From Octopus vulgaris (lineage: Eukaryota): a stretch of DNA of 64,000 bases. Made by a program: the position numbers and the translations under genes. Below are positions 30,405 through 43,544 of this stretch, piece after piece (the stretch's first letter is position 1; every line of letters begins with the position of its first letter). The DNA is taken from assembly GCA_951406725.2 (NCBI GenBank), contig OX597815.1, positions 96,906,001 to 96,970,000 on the forward strand, in the 5' to 3' direction. The notes beneath the pieces are model-generated. The model was not told where the DNA came from and ran no database searches. It was given only the letters and a program-made list of their open reading frames with translations.

Positions 30405-31816
30405 GTGTGTGTGTGTGTGTGAGTTCACCTATACGTGTACGTATGTATACTCATATATCTGTATTCGAAAACAATTTGAAGACTTTTCAGTCTTGTCTTT
30501 CAACGTACGACTCACCTAATCTGTGTATAAAACAGAAGGAAGTGTTTTCATTCTGATTTTGATGATATTCATTTCAGACCATACTTATCTCCGGTGTATT
30601 TCCGGCTGTTTATATCATACTTTGTACTACTTACATTAAAGAGAAGAAAAATTAACGAATTATCCTTCTACGTCGCTTCCCCGGCATTGCAATGTGTAGG
30701 ATGTTGTGTATATCATGAAAGCATTTATCTTTGCACATTACTTGTATCAAGTCTCTATTTTAATACAATTTCTTTTGTATAATTTGTACCGCATTCCCGA
30801 AGTTGTAAAACAAAGTTAGCAAACGGAAGTTCCAGTTAATACAAGCTTCTAGCTGGCTGTTTAATTCGATAAACACTTTCAGATGTCCATGCTATATAAC
30901 CTTCCAACTAACGCTGGTACACTTTCTCCACTCTTATCTCACACACTGCCGCATTATACTTACATGAATACGCACATATGTATTCGTGTTGGATAGTATA
31001 CGTATGCGTATGTGGCAGTTTGTGCATGCATTTGTGTATAAGTGTTTAGACAGTTATATTGAGATAAAATAGTGAGAAGTAATTTACGCCATATTTATAA
31101 AGATAGTAACCAATAACTTTACAATAATATGATTGCAAACACTTATACACATGAACAAGTATCTAACACAAGCACATACATCATATAAAACTAGCACACA
31201 TAAGCGTCAGGCTTACATGCATATTTAGGTGGTAGTGCTTGCATTCACGGCGCCAGATATATATTCGGGTTTATAGAAACACCCAAAGATAACATCTCCT
31301 ATTAGATACCCTATATTTCCCAGCAATTTCTTCTGGATTTGTTTCATACATACGGATATGTTCTGTTAAGCTTGTTTGAATTAATCATTATGATGATAAT
31401 TAATATTTATCGTCTCGTATCTAGGAAGTAAACATCCTGAGCATCTCGTAACTAAACACCTGATTACTATAAATACATTAGAAAAGTAGAGCTAGCGATC
31501 TTTGCGAGCGACGCAAAAACTAATGGACGGGCACACACACACAGGCACACGCACATACACACACATTCACTCACACAGTCACACTAAGAGAAATGATTTT
31601 ATGCAAGCTTTCATTATTTATGACGTAGCGTGCACACATAATAATATTCGGAGTCACTACATTTGTTTTTTCCTTGGACAATGGTGGCATGAAGAGGGGA
31701 GACTCTTATGCATGGGAGAATGCTGGTATCCCACATACAAACTTGCCCGGACTCTGTATTTGTGACTGGAGGGGACTTTACACTATATATATGCGTATAT
31801 ATATATATATATATAT

Positions 31817-31880
31817 ACAAATTAGTAAATAAATGGCACAACTAAGTACCGATAGTTGTGCCATTTATTTACTAATTTGT
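31817..31880. repeat. Perfect 28-bp inverted repeat with 8-nt spacer
   Basis: ACAAATTAGTAAATAAATGGCACAACTA-agtaccga-TAGTTGTGCCATTTATTTACTAATTTGT. Confidence 0.95.
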
Positions 31881-31917
31881 GTATTTTTCCCTCACGGGCT
31901 ACTTTTTACTGGAAGGC

Positions 31918-31936
31918 AATACTTTGTATTACATTA

Positions 31937-31986
<50 letters not shown>

Positions 31987-32001
31987 TAATGCAATACAAA
32001 G

Positions 32002-32005
<4 letters not shown>
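31918..32005. repeat. 88-bp palindrome centred on (TA)n (23-bp unique arms, 1 mismatch)
   Basis: AATACTTTGTATTACATTACTGA-(TA)n-TCAGTAATGCAATACAAAGTATT. Confidence 0.93.
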
Positions 32006-32040
<35 letters not shown>

Positions 32041-32292
32041 AAAACAAAAAATAGAACATGAACGTAACAGGCGACAACAGCAATTTCGGCCGGTTACACA
32101 CGAGACTGCTCCAGTCTGGCCACCCCGAAGTAAATTTAAGCTAAGAGCCCTAGATTCCTTGGAAGAAAGCAAGCGAATGTATAAAAAAACAAGGACGAAA
32201 TAAACATAGAAATAGTACGCAGTTACAAATACAAACAACAGGGCAATAACAACAGGCATCTTTCGACTAACAACGAATTAAATGGCGTGTAA

Positions 32293-32820
32293 GTGAAGCT
32301 TTACGACAGGGACATAAGAGATGAAATTCTTGGGAAAGAGTAAGGTATATAAACAAGCAGGTGTATTATTTTGACGTTCGTTTCAAGCTTACGCTCTTCA
32401 ACCGAAGGTAAAAAAATCAGAGAGAGAAAAAACTGGTGGATTTAGCGATGTATCATTGCGACTGGTTGTAAATAGTGAGTTGGACAGGATAGCTATAAGA
32501 AGGGGAGATAATAAGGTACTGGTGATCCCAAAATGAAGGTATGTGTGCATGTGTGTTTGTGAGTGTGTGTGCGTGTGTGTATGTGAGTGTGTGTGCGTGT
32601 GTGCATGTGCGTGTGGATAGGGTCTAGTGACTTTGACGTATAGATGTGTGCGTATATAAGTGTCAGTGTCTGTAATGTGTTGTTCTGTGGATGATGGTGT
32701 GTGGGTTTGGGGCTGATGGTGTGTAGTATGGGTGCTGGAAAGTTGTCAGTGCTAGTGTTTGTGGAGGTGTTTTGGGTGCTGTGATGTGGTGTGCTGGTGT
32801 GTGGTTTGGTGTGGTGTTTT
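32293..32820 (-). mobile_element. Longer, more degenerate copy of family H repeat with GT-rich extension
   Basis: GAAGCTTTACGA, CGTTTCAAGCTTACGCTCTTCAACCGAAGG and AAGGGGAGATAATAAGG match 58095-58377. Confidence 0.6.
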
Positions 32821-32861
32821 CCTTAAATTTGTCTACATTGATGAGAATGGTGATACATGAC

Positions 32862-32928
<67 letters not shown>

Positions 32929-32931
<3 letters not shown>

Positions 32932-34485
32932 TAGTTTTATTTTTATTTTTATAGCGTGCTTTCACTTCACTACCGAGCGCAGCTCTGTGTGCCTTGGGTA
33001 TGTGCTGTGATTTGTTGTGATGCTCTGATGGTTATTGTATGGAAAGTGTTCTGCGTAGGATGTGTGCAGTGCCTAGTAGTGCAATTTTCTGTATGTTATA
33101 TGTGTTTGTAAGTCCTGGTGTTTTTGTTATGTATTTGTCTGAATATTTTTTTATCATGCCTAATGCACCTACTATGATAGGAATTGTTTCTGTTTTCAGA
33201 TTCCACATTCTAGTTACCTCTATTTCCAGGTCTTTGTATTTTGAGAGTTTCTCCATTTCTTTTAGAGACACGTTGTCATCTGCCGGTACTGATACATCAA
33301 TTAGAAAGCATTTATTTTCTTCATGGTCTCTGACAACTATATCTGGTCTGTTGGCCTTAATTTCTCTATCTGTGTGTATCGGCATATCCCAGAGTATGGT
33401 TGCTTTCTCGTTTTCTGTGACCTTTTCTGGTGTGTGCCTATACCATCTTTTTTCTGTTGTTATTCCATAATGTTGGCATAGCTTCCAATGTATGTAAGTT
33501 CCAACTCTGTCATGTCTGTGAATATATTCCTTCTTAGCCAGGACTGGGCAGCTAGAGATAATATGATTTATTGTTTCTTGTCCATCTCCACATATTCTGC
33601 AGTTACTTGTAATATTTCTTTTCATTACATGTTTTTGGTAATTTCTGGTGGGGAGGCTTTGGTCTTGTGCTGCAATTAAAAATCCCTCTGTTTCTGCTTT
33701 GAGTCCTGAGCTTCTCAACCATTGCTGGGATTTTTCTTTGTCTATTTCTTTTGCGTTTAGTTTAGTCCAGTATTTACCATGAAGGGGCTTTTCTTGCCAT
33801 CGTTTTATCATGGTTCGTTGCTGTTCTATTTTTAGTTTGGATTTCATTTTTTTTATAGCTTTTGTTGTTTCTTCATCTTCTTCTTCTTCTTCGTGTTTAT
33901 TAGGTGGTATGATTTCTTGTTTGTATTTGTCAGCTTCCTTAAATACTGAGAACAGTTTTTTGTTTTGCTCGTGTTTTGCCGCTATCTGGATCAGTTATCC
34001 TTCCTTCTGAAGTAGATATTTTTGCAGGTGGTTATTTTATAGTAGTTTTCCAGCTGTATAAGGCCTCTACCACCTTCTATACGTTGTATATATAGTCTTT
34101 CTATGTCAGATTTTGGGTGATGCATCCTAGATCCTGTCATTATTTTTCTTGTTTTCCTGTCTATTTTGGTCAGTTCATTTCGTGTCCAGTTAAGGATATT
34201 GTAGCTGTAACTTATAACTGGGACAGCTAAAGTGTTGATACCTATTATCTTGTTTTTAGCATTGAGCTCTTTGTTTAGTATTGATCTAACTCGTCTATAA
34301 TATTCTTTTTTTATTTTCTCTTTCATTTGTGTGTGTTGTGTCTTATCTAGTTCATGGATTCCTAAGTATTTGTAAGTTTGGCTTTGGTCTAATTCTTTTA
34401 TTTCATTTGCTTCATCTAGTGTGATGTTGTTACTCTTAACTAGTTTTCCTCTTTTCATGGTTACTTTGGCGCATTTTTCTAATCC

Positions 34486-34487
<2 letters not shown>
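32929..34487 (-). mobile_element. 5'-truncated R4/Dong-like LINE (RT thumb + CCHC + PD-(D/E)xK restriction-like endonuclease) inserted in (TAA)n
   Basis: GLEKCAKV, YKYLGI, ERLYIQRIEGGRGL, LHGKY, ETEGFLIAAQDQ, CRICGDGQETINHIISSC, RHDRV, RPDIV...LIDVSVP...EKLSKY, PIIVGALG. One frameshift near 34030 plus a stop. Long (ATT)n at 32864-32928 and 34489-34570. Confidence 0.95.
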
Positions 34488-34568
<81 letters not shown>

Positions 34569-34860
34569 TTAATGTTTTTCTTACATATTTCTATTGCCCT
34601 TGAAACAGTCATATGTGGATATTAAATTCTATTTTGAAGTTTTAACGTCTCTTCATTTTTATTATTGTTTACAGTGTTATATATACGATTTTATCTTATA
34701 CATGCCTATAACACCCTTTTTACTTGATATTCTTATATTTTAATAGCTTGCTCTATCAAGCAGTATTTTTGGATATGATGAATATTTATTAGAAATATTT
34801 CCTCATTTTGGAAACCTCAACACGTTTGAATTGTTCTACTTGAGCATATTCTTTCTCTTT

Positions 34861-34898
<38 letters not shown>

Positions 34899-34989
34899 CA
34901 CACACACATATACACGTATGTATTTGTGTGTGTGCGTTTTTGTATGTGCCTTTGTCTCAAATGTTGTTATATTTGGTCTACAAGGGATT

Positions 34990-35300
34990 TTGATTCCACT
35001 ACCTTCGTCTGCACCTCACGTTGTGCTGTTGGTTAATCCGGTTTTGTGGAAATGAGGTCTAGTTACTTTTTTGAAAACATCTACATCCACCTAATGCAGA
35101 TTACTTAATTTTTATGGCAGGGCATTAAAGAGCTGTGGGCCTTTGAACAGTAAACTATTGCAAAAACTGGTCCTGAATTTAGGTGGATTAGATGGTACCT
35201 TTGTTATAATACAATGGCGGCTATATATAATCGAAATTAATAGCCGAGTTACTGCTCTAACCATACATATGTAGAAATATATTTCCATTAAATTCTTCAT
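34990..35300 (-). mobile_element. Old 3' fragment of the CR1-group LINE family at 9596 and 39262
   Basis: [35 protein letters not shown] followed by VDVDVFKK...PTAQREVQ. Confidence 0.8.
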
Positions 35301-35455
35301 AACATTGGAATGCTTTATCTCAAGAAGTCATACGTAATGTATAGATTTCCTAATATATATTATGTAAACTTTAAATATATGTATTCGATGATTTCACTGT
35401 ATCACTATCTTCCTTATTATAACCATGCATACATAAATACATACACACACATACA

Positions 35456-35537
<82 letters not shown>

Positions 35538-35574
35538 CATACGGCTATGCATTCTATATATTCATATATTATAA

Positions 35575-35629
<55 letters not shown>

Positions 35630-38246
35630 GGGAAGAGACGGAGAGAGATAGTTGCATACATACGTAGGCACAAACATTTCTATATATGTACGCATGAATA
35701 GAATGGCTTGAAAATGAAGGGTAAATATCTATAAAAGTAGTAATATAATCACAAACGACATCCAACAGATATAAGATTTAGTGAGAGAGAAGAAAAAAAG
35801 AACGAAAAAAAGAGAGGAAAAAAGAAAGGAAGAACGGAGAATGATTTTGAAAGAGAGAACTTTGTATATACTATAAATATAGAGTATATGAATTTTTATT
35901 TATATTCTGTCGGTGTATCGAATAAATTTTATAAACAAGTTATGGAATGTTTATAAACAGTTCAATAACTTGTTTGATGATTCTAAATATATAAGAACTA
36001 GAAATAAGCTATTGTCTTGTTAGTATTTCCATTTTGCCTTCGCAGACGTGAAAGACAAAAGTCAATAAGCTTTGCAGAGCCACCAAGACTGATTGGAAGA
36101 CGGAGATTGTGATCCTGATTCCAGTGACCTAGTCATAATGCTTGCAAAGAATAGAACTTGGTAAAGTCAAGGAACAACCAGATTGTGATATATGTTAATC
36201 AATGTTCTTGATTCAATTTCTCACCAAAGAACAGAGAAGTGGCTACCTTCAGGCTTCCATATTTCCACCTAATAAATGTGATTTCAAGCTTTTGATAAGT
36301 TCACGTAATTTTTTAGACAATTGCCCTATGTGCAACTGTTTTGGAATTGAAGCCCCTAATAAGGCAAATATTTCGACTTGCTACCAATTATGTAAACAGT
36401 CTATTAAAACATCGACATCTATGATAGATTGGTATGCTTTGAATTTCTGTTCTGTGTTTTATGATAGGATTCTATTCTTAATTATTTCTCTGTTGTTAGT
36501 GCTATTCTAAGTTATTTCTCTGTTGTTAGTGCTACCCCTATTCATGTTGCGGGTGTTGTTTTCATTATTGATGCTGTTGTCTAAACCTAGATAAACATGC
36601 AGTATTCTGACCTGCATTGCGCTCTAGCTATACTGTGCTTATTGTTTCTTCTTCATGTATTGTCAAATGTATGGTTCTTAGGCCACCCTGTTTCGTGAAG
36701 CATAAAATCAGAAGAAAAAAAAATAACAAACTGAGAACCTGTACAGCGAAGTAACCTATCCGATGTTATAATAATCTGACAATCCAACACCATGTATTGT
36801 TTTTCTGATTTTCGATCGCCTTGAATGAAAACGGTCGACTGATCGATCACCTAAAGTCTCTCACATCTTAGTTCATTTATCGGCTGTTTGCTTATCATGG
36901 TCATGAATTTCATTTCAAACTCAGCCACCCAGTTTGTATTAATACTTAATCCATTTTTCAAATACGGGTTTTGTAGAGACTGGATTTCATGCTCTATGTA
37001 GTATACTTAAAACTTGCTGTTCCTGTTGGAGTCATGAGCAAAGTGAAGGTGTTGAATTCATTGGTTTTTCAAAAATGCATACCAAAAGAAATCACACATG
37101 CAAAACGCGCACGCATATATGCAAGCATGTGCAAACACAGCATCACACACATTGACATAACAAAAACTTCCAAACTAAAATAAGAAACACGTGAGCAGAA
37201 GCATAGTCAGGTACACACGATCCAAAGGCGAAGAATAAAGGAGAAATTTCTCACAATTTCGTTTGACAGATATTTCGGTTTGGTGCGAATTAAAAGTAGC
37301 TGACTTATAAATATGAAGATGGAATAATTTTTACTCACTATCGTAAAATTTACTAATTTATCTATATTCAATATCCATGATAGACATACCATTTAAAACA
37401 TCGGGCAAAGCGATATTAGTTTTATCATTTACATGCAATTGGAAGGACAGCGTCTAAGAGAACTTGGAGGGTTTCAAAACAGAGAATGTTTTATACAGGT
37501 CAGAGAACAATTCGGAGATCAATGATGATTGAAATGATAGAAGGAGAACAGATTCCTCTAAATACCCGCAATAATCAATAAGCAATGTTAAACTGGAAGT
37601 CAGAATGAATCTATAACTCAGAAATAAGTGTAGCTTTTGCAGAAGATATGTACCTGAAATTTTATGCTGCGTGACTGAGCGCAAAGTCTTACCGCTACAA
37701 ACGCTATGTTCTTATCCAAGAGGCAATAACTGTTCCAATATAAAAAATAACCATCAAGACAATGCCCTGTATCTAGCAAAACACAATTGATTCCCATTCT
37801 CTACTGATAGGAATCACATCTATTTCAGTACCTTATCAAGAAAGATACACTTATCATACTGTCTATCACTTCGAATATTCTGATTAAAACTTATGCTAAC
37901 ATTTCGGAATTCATTCTTATTTGCATACGAAGTGTTACTTCCTTTCCTTTCCGTTGATTACGTTAAATATATTAATTTCTGCTCAAGCAAGAGAAATTAA
38001 ACGATGTGAAGATTTGATAGGAAATTATGTTGCTACAAACACAGGAGGAAATTGATAGAAATGCTAATATTGCCTCAGATAATTTCCAAATCCCAATATA
38101 TCTTTGATTATTATCATGAATATATAGACAAAATACTTACGAACAAAAACATACATATAGATACACGTGCACACACACACACTCACCCACACACATATAT
38201 ATATACAGTATACATATGAAATACATATATATATATAATATATAAC

Positions 38247-38281
<35 letters not shown>

Positions 38282-38296
38282 ATAATTCATAATTAC

Positions 38297-38338
<42 letters not shown>

Positions 38339-38415
38339 GTGCAGAAAATATATATCTGCGTACGTGTATATATACATTTATGTATATATTCATATATGTA
38401 TGTATGTATATATAC

Positions 38416-38529
<114 letters not shown>

Positions 38530-39152
38530 GGAGACAGGGAGACTGTACATACCTGTATACTTACATGCATACATACAAACGTATCTATGTACAAATATAC
38601 CCGCTGATATAAATGCATGCATGCATCCATCCAATGATACATTCACGCACGCATAAGGATTAGCAGCAGCGTTAATAAATACTAAAAGCAAACGTTAACA
38701 AATAACAGCTGTAATTTCAAGCCTTTCTGACATCGTGGACGTAATGACTAGTTACATACGAACCTTATCTTGTTAAACGGCTTAGTAAGGAGAGAGCAAG
38801 AGTGAAAGAGAGAGAGGGTGGGAGAAGAAAGGAAGATAGTAAGTAGGGAGGAGAGAGAATCTATGACATTAATTGGTTTACAAGGGGCAAATGGGACCAT
38901 TAGGAGATTTACATTAGAACAAACACCAGAAGTGCACTTCTCTACAATGCTAAATTACTTTCATTATGTGTGTGTATGCGCGCGCGAGCTAGCGTGTGTC
39001 AGTATGAGAGTGCGTGTGAACCTCACTCACACACACATAAGACCATCTCGACTTTTATCACATCCTCTGTCTGTTTTATCTCTCTATCTCCCCTCTCGCT
39101 CTATATATATTTGTGTGCGTTTGTGTGTGTATCTACACACACATATATATGC

Positions 39153-39221
<69 letters not shown>

Positions 39222-39227
39222 TATATA

Positions 39228-39261
<34 letters not shown>

Positions 39262-39264
<3 letters not shown>

Positions 39265-41325
39265 TTTTTTTTAGTTTCAGCTCAGCGCTGCGGCCATGCT
39301 GATGCACCGCCGTTTTGTGCTACACTGTTATTACGACGAACCTCGTCTAATATGTGGCACTTGGTGAAGAATGGAGTTTGATACAGCTACTCTCATTTGC
39401 ACCTCTTGCCGTGAGGTAGGTTCATCTGGGACTCTTGACAGGAAGACGTCCAGCTTTGATTTAAAAACCGCTACATCTACTTTGTACAAGTAACTCAGAC
39501 TCTTTGGGAGAATATTAAAAAGCTGTGGGCCCTTGAAACCCAGGCTGTTGCAGAAGCTCGTCCTGAAGCGTGATGGCATTGCTGGGATCTTTGGCACTAT
39601 GCAGTGTCGTCCCGTTCTAGCATTGGTGTAGCTTACAATGCCAAAATTTGGCACAATTCCTTCCAGGATCTTCCAGACATATATTACTGCATACCTCTCC
39701 CGTCTTCTCTCCAGGGAGTAGAGTCTTATATGTTTCAACCTTTCCCAGTAGCTGAGCTGTTGCAAAGAGGCGATATTCTTTGTGAATCTTCTCTGGATTG
39801 CTTCAAGATCCGCTGTTAATTTTACACTGGTGGGTGACCATAGCTGTGAGCAGTAATCCAGGCGACTGAAGACGAATGTCCGTCGGAGGACCATCATGGT
39901 TTCCTTATCTCTGGTTCTGAATGTTCTTAGGATCCATCCAGCCAGTCGTCTGCACTTTGTCACCATCCTGGTAATGTGCACTTGGAAAGAGGTATCATCA
40001 CTCATGTCGATACCCAGGTCCCTCACAGACTTAGGCTCTGGGATTGAAATTCCCTGTGGACCGGTGTATCCAGTAAGTTTAATATTCAGTGTTAGATGCT
40101 GGTTGCGCAGGGCCTGGAATTTTTCAGCATTAAACTGCATATTATTATCCTCAGCCGATCTGTAGATTGAGTCCAACTCCTGCTGCAGGTGTGCAACATC
40201 GCTGGGGTTCTGTATTTTCTGCGAGACTTTCGTATCGTCTGCACAGCTCGCCAGAGTGGCTATCCGGGCATTTGAGGGCATATCTGAGAGGGCCACTATA
40301 AAAAGCAGTGGTCCCAAGACAGTGCCCTGTGGAAAACCGCTCACTATTTGTATGTTCATAGAGGTGGCTCCATTAACCACTACTGCCTGACTCCTATCTT
40401 TCAGGAAGTCATGCAACCACACTCCAAGTTTTCCAGCTATGCCGAGGTCACTTAGTTTGTGGCATATCATACCATGATCCACCTTGTCAAAAGCTTTTGC
40501 AAAATCAAGGTAGATTACCTCCACATTTGATTTGTTGAGTAACTGCCTCAACACACAGTCATAATGCTGTAAGAGCTGGGTCAGGCAGCTCCTACCTGGT
40601 CGAAAACCATGTTGGGTATTACTCATCAAGTTATTTTCGTCAAGGAATGCGATTAGTTTCTTTCTGACTATCCGTTCCATGACTTTGCTGATGTGTGAAG
40701 TCAGAGAGACAGGCTTATAGTTTTTGGCATCTGCTCTACTTCCCCCTTTATGTATTGGGCATATTATTCCCTCCTTCAGCTTGCTTGGCTGTTTGCCATT
40801 TGCAAGAAAGCTCAGGAAGAGAATATTGAGGGGTTTTGCCAGGGCATGCTTGCACTCTTTGACGAGGATGGCTGGGAAACCGTCTGGACCAGCAGCTGAG
40901 TTTGTGTCCACTTCATCTATGGCTAGTAGGACATCTTTTTCGCTAAAGGCAATACATTCTATTGTAACCGCCTCGCTGGTTATAGTTGAGGCGGCAAAGA
41001 AGTCCACTGGTTCGTTCACTTGTCTGTGTTCCAACGGGATGGTAAAGACACTTTTGAACTGGCCATTCAGCATCTCACTGATCATAGTTGGGCTGTCTGT
41101 GACGGAGCCATTCTTTTGGAGGAGGGGTCCTATCTTGAAGTGCACTGAGACTGTTTCTTTCGCGTAATGAAAGAAGGCCTTTGGGTTTGATTTAATGTTT
41201 TTTATAACCCAGCCTTCTTTGTCTGCTTTCTCCTTCACATAGGATTGTTGCAGCTTTTTTTCGATCTCCATCAGTGTCGTTTTCAGGCGGGACGTTTCGC
41301 TACTTTTGGAATGTTGGTTGAGACG
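39262..41325 (-). mobile_element. 5'-truncated CR1-group LINE with uninterrupted RT ORF, inserted in (TA)n
   Basis: Open frame 41325-39331 (665 codons) with [50 protein letters not shown] (YADD altered), [17 protein letters not shown]. The 3' end GGCGGTGCATCAGCATGGCCGCAGCGCTGAGCTGAAACT is shared with the 9596 copy. Confidence 0.95.
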
Positions 41326-41725
<400 letters not shown>

Positions 41726-42194
41726 CGCGCGTGCTGGATATAGAAGCATACACACATTACACGTACTGATATTTGCGTGGGTATTTGTGTGCATATGTGT
41801 GGACATGTGGTGTATGTTTATAGCAAAATTGGGCGCCAGACTGTTATCGTCATTTTAATAAAAAGAGCAATTTCCCGTGAAATTGATTTCTTTCTCAAGA
41901 TTCGCAACACGCCCGGAATCAATTCTAAACTATGAATATTTTACATAAATACGCTTATAAATTAAATATTTCACATTGTGTAAGCTTCGAATATTGTTAC
42001 CTTAAATATATTGTAAATATATCTATATCAATAACATTTGAGAATGTCATATATTTAAATTCTTTATAGCATATTTATGTATCTTTATATTTACTTAAAA
42101 ACATAGATAAAACGTACAAATATATATAAATTTACATATTCGCATTCTGCCGCACATACGTACATATACACACACACTCACGTGTGTGTTTATA

Positions 42195-42297
<103 letters not shown>

Positions 42298-42304
42298 TAT
42301 ATAT

Positions 42305-42422
42305 TGGCCTGCTCACTTAGCCAGCGGGGTGCCGTCATTCGAAGACTAAAACAATTCGAACGCATTGTGACCAACAATGTGTAACAACATCTGATGGTCT
42401 GGTCGGTCACGTGATCACGTGA
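42305..42422. mobile_element. Short GC-richer interspersed insert of unknown class in (TA)n, ending in palindrome TCACGTGATCACGTGA
   Basis: ~120 bp of complex sequence with sharp (TA)n boundaries on both sides. Confidence 0.55.
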
Positions 42423-42463
42423 TATATATATATATACATATATATATACATATATATATATAA

Positions 42464-42495
<32 letters not shown>

Positions 42496-42592
42496 CATAC
42501 ATATATATATACATATATATATACATATATATATATATATAAATATATATAAGTACATATATATATATACATATATATATACATATATATAC

Positions 42593-42674
<82 letters not shown>

Positions 42675-42705
42675 GTATATATATACATATATATATATAC
42701 ATATA

Positions 42706-42744
<39 letters not shown>

Positions 42745-42810
42745 GTATATATATATATATGTATATGTATATATATATGTATATCTATGTATATATATAT
42801 ATGTATATAT

Positions 42811-43378
42811 AAACAAGAAGGGTAGTAATATTATTTACTACCAGGTGCCCAGCACAAAAGACGAATTAGTCATAAGACAAAAATATTATTCATATAGAAA
42901 AATATTATTCATGTAGTTATACAATTAAGGGCTCCTAAATAAAGATGCCGAGTGCTGGGAACACAAAAAGGGGATGAATTTATCGAGAGTGAAAATCAAA
43001 AACGTTTACCGATAACTTTAACAACTCGTACCGCGGTTTCTGCTTCTTTCTAGCAAAACACAGAATATGTTTGCTAAGGCTAGCTTCATCAGCGAGTCGC
43101 CTGAATTTAATCGAGGTCTGCAGCGATGTGGGACTATATGTTACACCCGACTACTAGCAGATCTTAACTTTTCAAATCTCTGCGCAGACTCAAAATTTAC
43201 ACGGGCATGCCGGGAAGAATTTTACGAATAAATTCATCATGTAGTATGCGAATATAAACAAGAAGGGTAGTAATATTATTTACTACCAGGTGCCCAGCAC
43301 AAAAGACGAATTAGTCATAAGACAAAAATATTATTCATATAGAAAAATATTATTCATGTAGTTATACAATTAAGGGCT
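42811..43378 (-). mobile_element. 445-bp non-coding unit with identical 123-bp direct terminal repeats and internal hammerhead (retrozyme / Penelope pLTR-like)
   Basis: 42811-42933 is identical to 43256-43378. Flanked by (TA)n, no meaningful ORF, hammerhead motif at 43020-43101. Confidence 0.85.
43020..43101 (-). ncRNA. Type I hammerhead ribozyme motif
   Basis: Minus strand: GGCGACUCG-CUGAUGA-(extended stem II with UAGCAAACA/UGUUUUGCUA)-GAAA-CCGCGG-UA-CGAGUUGUU. Stem I is 9 bp with G.U pairs, stem III is palindromic, the cleavage triplet is GUA. Confidence 0.75.
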
Positions 43379-43544
43379 ATATATTTATGTATATATATGT
43401 ATGTATATAAATATGTATATATATATATATGTATGTATATATGTATGTATATATATGTATATATATATATGTATGTATGTATATATATGTATATATATAT
43501 GCATATATATGTATATATATATGCATATATATACATATATATGT

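Noticed and set aside
36482-36534. Tandem duplication of TTATTTCTCTGTTGTTAGTGCTA (also one at 20747-20800)
   Set aside because: Ordinary slippage duplications with no further structure.
42811-43378. LTR retrotransposon/TRIM or CRISPR-like reading of the direct repeats
   Set aside because: No TG...CA ends, no recognisable PBS or PPT, only two repeats, and a eukaryotic context.
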